DNA of 64,000 nucleotides, taken from assembly GCA_031413955.1 (NCBI GenBank), contig JANOGB010000024.1, positions 709 through 64,708 of the forward strand, written 5' to 3'. This DNA is from Planctomycetota bacterium. Lineage in GTDB: Bacteria; Planctomycetota; UBA1135; GCA-002686595. A program made the position numbers and the translations under genes. A model generated the notes under the pieces. That model was not told the origin of the DNA. It saw only the letters and a list, made by a program, of their open reading frames with translations, and did no database searches. The first letter of the stretch is position 1. Each line of letters begins with the position of its first letter. Shown piece after piece: positions 45,823 through 53,721 of the stretch.

Positions 45823-46719
45823 CTAGCGCGGCGAAGCCTGCATCTCCGGAGAGAGGTCCTCCAGCCCGATGCGCCCGCGCGTGAGTGCGGTCGCGCGGCG
45901 CAGCTCGTTCTCGAGCTGGCGCACGTTGCCGGGCCAGGGATGCTCGCACAGCGCCGCCAGCGCCTCGGGCGTGAGCTCGATCCCGGGCGCGGCGAACTTG
46001 CCGAGGAAGAAGCGCGTCAGCAGCGCGACGTCGCCCGTACGCTCGCGCAGGGGCGGCAGCAGGATCTGGATCACGTTGAGGCGGTAGTAGAGGTCCTCGC
46101 GGAACTGGCGCGCGCTCACCATGGCGGTCAGATCACGGTGCGTCGCGGCCACGATGCGCACATCGACGCGCACGGTCTGGCTGGAGCCAACCGGACGCAG
46201 CTCGCCGCTCTCGAGCACGCGCAGGAGCTTCGACTGCATCTCGAGCGGCATGTCGCCGATCTCGTCCAGGAACAGGGTCCCGCCGTCCGCGACCACGAAG
46301 TGGCCCGGCCGGTCGGCGATGGCGTGCGTGAAGGAGCCCTTCTTGTGGCCGAAGAGCTCGCTCTCCAGCAGGTTGGCGGGCACGGCGGCGCAGTTCTCGG
46401 CCAGGAAGGTCTTCTTGGCGCGGCGCGAGCGCGCGTGCAGGGCGTGGGCCACGAGTTCCTTGCCCGTACCGGTCTCGCCGTGGATGAGCACCGGCACGTC
46501 GCTGGGCGCGACGCGCTCGATGCGCTCGAACACGGGCTGCATCTCGGGCGCGCCCGAGATCATCCCGTAGCGCCCGGGGAACTCGCCCCCCGCGCGTTCG
46601 AGCTGCCGCTCGCGCAGCTGGTCGAGCACGGCCCAGAGCTCGAGCGCGAACTGTTGCTCGCACCCCGTCGCGCGTGCCTCGGCCGCGAGACGTTCCAGTG
46701 CCGCGCTCGAGTCGCTCAC
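45823..46719 (-). CDS. sigma-54-dependent AAA+ activator, core domain only (no receiver, no C-terminal HTH)
   Basis: Walker A GETGTGKE, ESELFGHKKGSFTHA (variant of GAFTGA), Walker B LFLDEIG, R-finger region RQFREDLYYRL, and WPGNVRQLEN. The protein ends about 35 aa after GNVRQLEN. The GTG start overlaps the pcrA stop (GTGA). Confidence 0.85.
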   Translation of the reverse strand: MSDSSAALERLAAEARATGCEQQFALELWAVLDQLRERQLERAGGEFPGRYGMISGAPEMQPVFERIERVAPSDVPVLIHGETGTGKELVAHALHARSRRAKKTFLAENCAAVPANLLESELFGHKKGSFTHAIADRPGHFVVADGGTLFLDEIGDMPLEMQSKLLRVLESGELRPVGSSQTVRVDVRIVAATHRDLTAMVSARQFREDLYYRLNVIQILLPPLRERTGDVALLTRFFLGKFAAPGIELTPEALAALCEHPWPGNVRQLENELRRATALTRGRIGLEDLSPEMQASPR

Positions 46720-48977
46720 CGCACCACCCGCAGCTTGGCGTACTGTGCCAGCAAGACGCGCTTGCCGGCCGAGGCGAAGCGCACCGTCAGGCGCGCGCTG
46801 CCGCCGCTGCCCTGGACGACCTCGACCACGCCGTAGCCGAAGTGCTCGTGCTCGACGCGCGCGCCCGGGGCCAGCGTCACGGACGTTTCTTCCTGCGCCT
46901 CCTCGTCGGCCCCTGCGTCCGGGACGAAGCGTGGGCCGTCGTCGTCCTCGCGCCCGTGCTCCTCGGGCTCGGGCGCTTCGGTCCACTCGCTCGGGATCTC
47001 GTCCAGGAAGCGCGACGGCACCTGGTAGCTCGACTCGCCGAAGTGCAGGCGCATGCGCGCGTGCGTCAGCGTGAGCTCGTCCATGGCGCGCGTCATGCCC
47101 ACGTAGAGCAGGCGCCGCTCCTCCTCCGCGCCGCCGTCCGGGTCGTCATCCAAGGCGAGCACGTGCGGCAGCATGCCCTCCTCGAGGCCGGCGACGAACA
47201 CCAGCGGGAACTCGAGGCCCTTCGAGGAGTGCAGCGTCATCAGCGTGACGCGCGGACTCTGCTCCTCGAAGCCGTCCACGTCGCTCACCAGGGCCACGTC
47301 GGACAGGTAACCGCGCAGGCCGCCCTCGGGATTCTCGAGGTCGTACTGGCGCGCGCCGGAGACGAGCTCGTCCACGTTCTCGCGCCGCGCCTGCACGTCG
47401 GGCTCGCCGCTCTCGCCCAGATGGCGCTGGTAGTGCGTGGCCTCGATCACGGCCTCGAGCGCGGCGGCCGCGGGCCCCCTTGCGCGCTCTGCCAGGCTGG
47501 CCAGGAGCTCGGCGAACTCCTCCAGGCCCCTGCGGGCGCGGCCCTTGACGAGCTCGCGCGCCTCGCGCGAGCTGGCGGCGGCAGAGAGCGGCAGGCCGTG
47601 CGCGCGAGTCCAGCGCACGAGCTCCTCGACGCTCTTCGCGCCGATCCCGCGCCCGGGCACGTTGAGCACGCGCGCGCAGGCCGCTTCATCGCGCGGGTTC
47701 ACGAGCAAGCGCAGGTAGCTGATCAGGTCGCGCACCTCGCGCCGCTGGTAAAACTCGACCCCGCCCACGATCTGGTAGGGCACGCCGACGAGGCGCAGGG
47801 CGAGCTCCAGCGCGCGCTGCATGAAGTTCACGCGGTAGAAGACCGCGATCTGGTCCGGGCGGCGGCCGGCAGCGAGCGCGGCCTGGATGCGCGCAGCGAT
47901 CGCGCGCGCCTCGTCGTTCTCGTCGCCGCACTCGAGCACGCGCACGCGCGCGGGGCTCTGCTTGTCGGTCCACAGGTCCTTCTCCTTGCGCGCCAGGTTG
48001 TGGCGGATGAGCCCCTGGGCGGCCTTCAGGATGCACTCGGTCGAGCGGTAGTTGCGCTCCAGCTTGACCACCACCACGGGGCGTTCACCCCCGAAGTCGC
48101 GCTCGAAGTCCAGGATGTTCCCGATGTCGGCCCCGCGCCAGCCGTAGATCGACTGGTCGGGGTCGCCGCACACCGTGAGGTTGCCGTGGCGCGAGGCAAG
48201 GTGGCGCGTGAGGCGGTACTGGACGTGGTTCGTGTCCTGGTACTCGTCCACCAGCACGTGCCGGAAGCGCCAGGCGTACTGGTCGCGCACGCCGGGGTGG
48301 GCCTCGAAGAGCTCCAGGACCTTCAGCAGGAGGTCGTCGAAGTCGAGCGCGTTGTTCGCTCTCAGGGCGGCGTCGTAGCGCGCACGCACCTGGGCGTAGA
48401 CCTCGCCCTCCATCCCTCCGGGACCGCTCCCGCCCGCCAGATCCGGCTCGAAGCGGCGGTTCTTCTCGGCGCTGATCCAGGCCCCGATGGCGCCGGGCCG
48501 AAAGCGCTGCGCGTCGTAGCCGAGGTCCTTGACGAGCTCCTTCAGCAGCTGGTTGCGCTCGTACGTGTCGTAGATCGAGAAGTCCCGCGTCCAGCCGCCC
48601 AGGACCTCGATCTCGCGCCGCAGGATGCGCGCGCCCATGGCGTGGAAGGTGCTGATCCACAGGCCCTTGACCGGGAAGAAGACCTCGCAACGCGCGCGCA
48701 TCTCGCCGGCCGCCTTGTTGGTGAAGGTGATGGCCAGGATCTCGTGCGGCGCGGCGCGGCCGGTCGCCACCAGCCAGCCGATGCGGCGCGTGATCACGCG
48801 CGTCTTGCCCGAGCCCGCCCCGGCCAGGATCAAGAGCGGCCCCTCGCCGTGCAACACCGCCCGGCGCTGCTCCTCGTTCAGGCCCTCCAGCAAGGCGCCT
48901 TCCTCGACCACGGGGCGGTGGAGCTCGGCCGCGGGCGCCTCGCCCAAGGCTTGCAGGTCCATCCAGTCCAGGGGCAT
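46716..48977 (-). CDS. pcrA: ATP-dependent DNA helicase PcrA/UvrD
   Basis: LNEEQRRAV, AGAGSGKT, FTNKAAGEM and VDEYQDTN motifs, with a C-terminal Tudor-like VEHEHFGYGVV. Confidence 0.92.
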   Translation of the reverse strand: MPLDWMDLQALGEAPAAELHRPVVEEGALLEGLNEEQRRAVLHGEGPLLILAGAGSGKTRVITRRIGWLVATGRAAPHEILAITFTNKAAGEMRARCEVFFPVKGLWISTFHAMGARILRREIEVLGGWTRDFSIYDTYERNQLLKELVKDLGYDAQRFRPGAIGAWISAEKNRRFEPDLAGGSGPGGMEGEVYAQVRARYDAALRANNALDFDDLLLKVLELFEAHPGVRDQYAWRFRHVLVDEYQDTNHVQYRLTRHLASRHGNLTVCGDPDQSIYGWRGADIGNILDFERDFGGERPVVVVKLERNYRSTECILKAAQGLIRHNLARKEKDLWTDKQSPARVRVLECGDENDEARAIAARIQAALAAGRRPDQIAVFYRVNFMQRALELALRLVGVPYQIVGGVEFYQRREVRDLISYLRLLVNPRDEAACARVLNVPGRGIGAKSVEELVRWTRAHGLPLSAAASSREARELVKGRARRGLEEFAELLASLAERARGPAAAALEAVIEATHYQRHLGESGEPDVQARRENVDELVSGARQYDLENPEGGLRGYLSDVALVSDVDGFEEQSPRVTLMTLHSSKGLEFPLVFVAGLEEGMLPHVLALDDDPDGGAEEERRLLYVGMTRAMDELTLTHARMRLHFGESSYQVPSRFLDEIPSEWTEAPEPEEHGREDDDGPRFVPDAGADEEAQEETSVTLAPGARVEHEHFGYGVVEVVQGSGGSARLTVRFASAGKRVLLAQYAKLRVVR

Positions 48978-49134
48978 GAGAAGCGCGATTGTGCGCTACC
49001 CGTGCGGGGCTAGGGAAGCGCGGAGGCGGGTCAACGCGGGCGCGCCGGTGTCCGGAACCGCTACGCGCATGCGAACTGGGGTGGCAGGAAACCAGGATTG
49101 CGCGCAGCGCACGCGCGCGCTCCACTCTGCCGAC

Positions 49135-49773
49135 GTGGATAGCGCGCGTGTGCGTACGAAGTGGCAGGCCGCGCGGGCGGGCGAAAGGTACACGCACGAG
49201 CGCTGGCGCTCGGAACGGCGGCGCCAGCGCGACCCGGGCATGGTGGCGGCACTGCTCGATGAACACCTGTCCACGCGCCGAGGAGCGTTGCTCCTGGACG
49301 CGCCCTGCGGAACGGGCCGGCTCTTCGCGACCCTCGCGGGGCACGGCCGGACCGTTGGCCTCGACGTCTCGTCCTCGATGCTGGCGCAAGCGCGGCACGC
49401 CCCGGCACGAGCTGAGCTCTTGCTCGGCGACGTGCGGCGGCTGCCCTTCCGTGACGCGAGCTTCGACGCGGTCGTGTGCTGCCGGCTCCTGCACCACCTG
49501 GCCGAGCCTGCGGCCCTCGCGCTCGTGCTGGGCGAGCTGGTGCGCGTCAGCCGCGCGCTCGTGATCGCCTCGTTCTGGGATGCGGGCTCGCTGCCCGCCT
49601 GGCGCCGGACCCTGTTTCCCTCTGCGCGCGTGCCCGGGCGCTGCACGCGCTCGCGCGCGGAGCTCGCCCAAGCCTTCGCGCGGGCCGGGGCCGAGGTCGT
49701 GGGCTGGAAGCACTCGCTGCGCTTCGTCTCGCGCCAGGCCTTCGTCGTGGCGCGAAAAAGCGCCGCGCAGTGA
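49135..49773 (+). CDS. class I SAM-dependent methyltransferase
   Basis: Motif I LLDAPCGTGR and DAVVCCRLLHHL. The start (GTG 49135) is uncertain. Confidence 0.75.
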   Translation: MDSARVRTKWQAARAGERYTHERWRSERRRQRDPGMVAALLDEHLSTRRGALLLDAPCGTGRLFATLAGHGRTVGLDVSSSMLAQARHAPARAELLLGDVRRLPFRDASFDAVVCCRLLHHLAEPAALALVLGELVRVSRALVIASFWDAGSLPAWRRTLFPSARVPGRCTRSRAELAQAFARAGAEVVGWKHSLRFVSRQAFVVARKSAAQ

Positions 49774-50594
49774 GCGCCGCCTGGCGAACGGGCGCCTGGC
49801 GCGTGCGCGGCGAGCGCGAGCTGTTCGAGCGCGCGCGGCCGGCCCTGGAGGAAGCCGCGCGCGGCGCGCGCTCCGCGCGCGGAGTTCGCCCGCTCGGCTC
49901 CTTCACGGCCTACTTCAAGGGCTCGCCGCTCCGTACGCGGCCCGCCCTGCGCCATGCTCTGCGGCGCCTCGCCGGCTGCGAGATCCCGCGCCTGCAAGAA
50001 TTCGCCAACCTGGAATGGCTCCAGGCGCACGGCTTCCTGGCCGCGCGCCCCTTGCTCGCCGGGGTGTGCTCGCGGGCCTTCCTGCCGCGCTATCAGTTCC
50101 TGTTCACCGAGTTCCGGCCCGCCGAGCCGACCCTCGGCCAGTGGTTCCCGGAAGCCTCCCCCGCGCTACGCGCAGCACGCCTCGCGGCCCTGGCGCGCGA
50201 CGTGGCCCGCCTCCATCGCCGCGGCTTCGTGCACCGGGATCTCTTTCCGCGCAACTTGCTGGTCTGCTCCACGCCCACCGACTCTGCTTGTGTCTTCCTG
50301 GATGCCTGGCGCGGGGGACCAGGACGCGGCCTGCGGGGTCCGGAGCACGACCTCGGCTGCCTGTTCCTGGATGGCGCCAGCCTGTTCACCCTCCCGGAGC
50401 AGGTCCTCTTCCTGGAGACCTATCGAGAGGAGAGCCAGCGCCTGGGGCATTCCCTGCCGCGCGATTGGCCGGAGCGAGTCGCGCGCGCTCGCGCCGCGCT
50501 CTTCCGGCGCGAGGCCAGACGGCGGTCAGGTCTCGTGCCGGAATGGAGTTTTCCGCCTCCTGGGGTGAAACCGAGCCCCCCGCTGGGCGACTAG
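49770..50594 (+). CDS. lipopolysaccharide kinase (Kdo/WaaP) family protein
   Basis: RGFVHRDLFPRNLLV and VFLDAW kinase-like motifs. GTGA overlap with the methyltransferase stop. Confidence 0.7.
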   Translation: MSAAWRTGAWRVRGERELFERARPALEEAARGARSARGVRPLGSFTAYFKGSPLRTRPALRHALRRLAGCEIPRLQEFANLEWLQAHGFLAARPLLAGVCSRAFLPRYQFLFTEFRPAEPTLGQWFPEASPALRAARLAALARDVARLHRRGFVHRDLFPRNLLVCSTPTDSACVFLDAWRGGPGRGLRGPEHDLGCLFLDGASLFTLPEQVLFLETYREESQRLGHSLPRDWPERVARARAALFRREARRRSGLVPEWSFPPPGVKPSPPLGD

Positions 50595-50756
50595 TGGTGT
50601 GACTCACGCAGAGGGGGCCTTATCCCGAGGTCGTCTGCGTTCGCCGCAAGGCGCGCCGACGACGCGACTTCGATGCAAGTCTCGGAGGAGGCGCAACGCC
50701 GCGGCGGGCGCAGGCGGCCCGGGAGAAGGGCCCCTATGCGTGAGTCACACCACTAG
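50591..50756. repeat. 166-bp element bounded by 20-bp perfect (about 29-bp imperfect) terminal inverted repeats
   Basis: ctagtggtgtgactcacgca(gagggggcc) at 50591-50619 and (gggccccta)tgcgtgagtcacaccactag at 50728-50756. The left repeat contains the TAG stop of the upstream gene. Confidence 0.7.
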
Positions 50757-50860
50757 TATCGTCAAGGCAATCTCCCCACCCGGCCGCGGGTGTGGAATAC
50801 TGCTGGCTCTCTTTGATCACCCCCGGTCTCACCAGCTCCTCCCACGCTGGTGCTCCGCAC

Positions 50861-53659
50861 ATGGCTCCCGTCGCGTATTGGTCCGTTGGCTCGCTGCTCG
50901 TGGCAGTCCTTTGCATCGCACCCGCATGCGGGAGTGGTGGAGGTTCCGGCGGGGGCGGCGGAGGGGGAGGCGGGGGCGGGGGCGGCGAAGAGGAGATCGA
51001 TCCTGGACGCGTCCCGGACCTCGGGCCGTCGTCGTTCCAGGTCACGCCGGCCTTTGGCACTGCGGCCGATGGTCAGACGAGCGTCGCCATCGAGCTGCGC
51101 CTGATCAGCCTGCTCGGACGTCCGATCGGTGGGGCCGAGGTCGAACTCGAGATCAGCGGCTGCGGCAACCTGTGGCAACCCCTGCCGCCCACCGACCTCG
51201 ACGGCAGGACGGAGGGCACGCTGGCTTCGACGGTCGGCGAGCGCAAGACGATCGTGGTGCGCACCCAGAGCGGCGGACGGCCGACGGTGTTCACGCCCCG
51301 CACGGCCGAGTTCCTGCTCATCCCGGACGACACGTTCTTCGTGCGCGCCTCGGGCTCGGACCTGAACTCGGGTCGGTCGCCGCGCGCAGCCTGGCAGAGC
51401 CTCTTCCACGCCCTCGACCAGGTCGGGCCCGGAGCGACGATCCACGTCGGGGCGGGCGTGCATGCCGGTCCGCTCACCATCCAGCACGACTCGAGCGGTG
51501 GAAACCCGCTGGTGATCGTGGGCGACCCCGCGGGTGTCATGACCGGCGACGCCGGCGCGGTCGTGATCGAAGCGGGCGGCGCACCCTGGGCGCTCCGCGT
51601 GCGCGAAGCCCGGAACCTCCTGCTGCAAGGGTTGACCCTGCGCGGCGCGCAGTCCGGCTTGCGCATCGAGGACTCGGCCGACGTCCGGGTGCTCGCCTGC
51701 CAGCCCGAGGAGAACGACTTCGGCCTCGTGGTCGAGGGCGCGGACGGCTTGGTCGTGCAGGACTGCCGCATCAGCGTCAATCGCCTGGACGGACTGCGCG
51801 TCGAGGACGCGCGCCGCACGCGCATCGAGAACAACCTCGTCTATGGCAACGGGCAGGACGGACTCGTGCTGCGCGCACCCGCGGAGGGCACGCAGGTCCG
51901 CTTCAACACCTTCTATCGCAACGGGCGACACCACCTGCGCGAGGAGCAGCCGGGTGGCAGTGGTGCGATCGAGGAGAACATCCTGACCGAGGGCGGAGCC
52001 GACCCGATCGCGCTCGCGCTCGTCAGCAGCTACCAGACCGGCTCCAACATGGTCTGGGCCAACCTGCAACCCGGCCCGTCGCGCGGCTTCCCGGAAGGGA
52101 GTGTCGAGGCCGACCCGCTCTTCGTCGATCCCTTCGGTGCGGACGGCATCCTGGGCGGGATCGGTGCCGGCGACGACGATTTCCGCTTGCTCCCGCAGAG
52201 CGCCGCGAACGACCGCGGCCGTTTTCTGGCACGGGCTGTCGTTCTCGGCTCGCAGGAGTCGCTGGCGACGCGCACGACGCGCGCCGACGGCCGCCTGGAG
52301 TGGAGCGGCGACGACCTCCCGGTCACGAACCTTGGTTTCCACTGGGCTCTGCCGGTGCCCCCGTTCGAATCGCTCGGGAAGGACGGGGGCCGGCTGGCCT
52401 TCGCCGCGCCCGGCGACGTGCGCCTGCAGGCCCACGCCTGGGACCGCTCGATTTCCTTTACGGCCGAGAGCTCGCTCGGTCCGGCCCTCGACGCCGAGGT
52501 CCTGTATCTGGAGCACCGCCTCGCGCCGCTCGAGAGCACCGAAGAGCTGGTTGCAGCGCAGGTCGACACCGGTACGAGCGGACGGATCCTGGTGCGGCAC
52601 TGGGACGGCCGGCACTGGAACGAACCCGCGCTCGCGCCTTTCCAGGACGGCCTCGCGCGCGAGGAGCTGAGCGAGCGGCGCTTCGACATCGAGTACGAGG
52701 AACTCTCGGGCCGCGCCCTCTTCGTGCTGGCCGACGACGACGGCATCCCGAGCTACCGCGTGCTCGAGCGCGGCGGCTGGAGCCCGCTACGCCAGGTCGC
52801 CGAGAACGCCGAGGGGGAAGGTCGGGTGCGCCTGGTCGAGCTCGTCCCCCGCCGGGGCACGAACGAGCTCGCCTTGCTGACGCTCGACGACCGCCGGGAC
52901 CTGGTCGTGACGCTGTGGGACGGAGCGACCTTCGGCGCGCCACTCCTGCTCACGGCCAACACGATCTTCGCGCCTGGCTGGCGGCCCTTCGACGCCGCCT
53001 TCGAGAGTCTGTCGGGTGACCTGCTCGTGGCCTGGGGCTTCAACCGCTTCGCCGAGTCGACGCGCTGGGCGACGCTCGAGCGCGCGACCGGCCAGTGGCG
53101 CACGGGCCAGCACCCGAGCACCGAAGCCGTCGGTGCCCACGTGCTCTTGGCCAGCGATCCCGTGAGCAACCGCATAGCCCTCACGCTGGGCGAGGCGACC
53201 TTCGACAACGACGTGACCGTGTCGATCTGGGACGGCGCGGAGTGGGTCCACACGGCCGAGCTGACGCTGGCCGGACCGATCGACAGCCGCCTGTCCGACC
53301 TGACTTGGCTGGGCAACACGGGGGTCGCCAGCGTGGTCTTCCGCCGCCAGGGGCACACCGGCAGCTTCAACGTGGCCAGTTTCTTCTCGACCGGCTGGCG
53401 CATCCAGCCCGACGTGGTGCTGGCGGGCGTCGACAAGGCCGCCCAGGTGCGCATGGTGAGCCAGTCGGATCGTGGCCAACTCCTCGGCCTGGTCCTGGAC
53501 CTGCAGGGCCGACTGTTCGGTTTCCGCTTCGAGGGTAGCAAGTTCACGGTGCTCAACGACGGCGTGCCGCTGGCCACCGGCTTCGATCCTCTGGCCCCGG
53601 GTCGTCCCTTCGACGTGGCCCTGAGGCAAGCGCGCACGACCGAGCCGATCTTGAAGTAG
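50861..53659 (+). CDS. large lipoprotein: poly-Gly linker, Ig-like domain, right-handed parallel beta-helix, C-terminal WDG-repeat (propeller-like) domain
   Basis: Lipobox VLCIAPAC followed by GSGGGSGGGGGGGGGGGGG. Big_1-like FQVTPAFGTAADGQTSVAIELRL. PbH1-type repeats (LRIEDSADVRVLAC, LVVEGADGLVVQDCRISVN, LRVEDARRTRIENNLVYGN). Four to five repeats of the type VRHWDGRHW / VTLWDGATF / VSIWDGAEW. ATG 50861 is preferred over 50792. Confidence 0.8.
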   Translation: MAPVAYWSVGSLLVAVLCIAPACGSGGGSGGGGGGGGGGGGGEEEIDPGRVPDLGPSSFQVTPAFGTAADGQTSVAIELRLISLLGRPIGGAEVELEISGCGNLWQPLPPTDLDGRTEGTLASTVGERKTIVVRTQSGGRPTVFTPRTAEFLLIPDDTFFVRASGSDLNSGRSPRAAWQSLFHALDQVGPGATIHVGAGVHAGPLTIQHDSSGGNPLVIVGDPAGVMTGDAGAVVIEAGGAPWALRVREARNLLLQGLTLRGAQSGLRIEDSADVRVLACQPEENDFGLVVEGADGLVVQDCRISVNRLDGLRVEDARRTRIENNLVYGNGQDGLVLRAPAEGTQVRFNTFYRNGRHHLREEQPGGSGAIEENILTEGGADPIALALVSSYQTGSNMVWANLQPGPSRGFPEGSVEADPLFVDPFGADGILGGIGAGDDDFRLLPQSAANDRGRFLARAVVLGSQESLATRTTRADGRLEWSGDDLPVTNLGFHWALPVPPFESLGKDGGRLAFAAPGDVRLQAHAWDRSISFTAESSLGPALDAEVLYLEHRLAPLESTEELVAAQVDTGTSGRILVRHWDGRHWNEPALAPFQDGLAREELSERRFDIEYEELSGRALFVLADDDGIPSYRVLERGGWSPLRQVAENAEGEGRVRLVELVPRRGTNELALLTLDDRRDLVVTLWDGATFGAPLLLTANTIFAPGWRPFDAAFESLSGDLLVAWGFNRFAESTRWATLERATGQWRTGQHPSTEAVGAHVLLASDPVSNRIALTLGEATFDNDVTVSIWDGAEWVHTAELTLAGPIDSRLSDLTWLGNTGVASVVFRRQGHTGSFNVASFFSTGWRIQPDVVLAGVDKAAQVRMVSQSDRGQLLGLVLDLQGRLFGFRFEGSKFTVLNDGVPLATGFDPLAPGRPFDVALRQARTTEPILK

Positions 53660-53721
53660 TTCGCGGGTCGCCCACCCGATTCGCGAATCCTCTCGGCGGA
53701 GCGCGGCATGTCGTTCTGCGG

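Noticed and set aside
53660-53721. Looked for an ECF-type autoregulatory promoter (GGAAC-N16/17-CGT) upstream of the fused sigma gene.
   Set aside because: The only gaatcc ... cgtt pair is about 21 nt apart, outside the usual spacing, so there is no convincing match.
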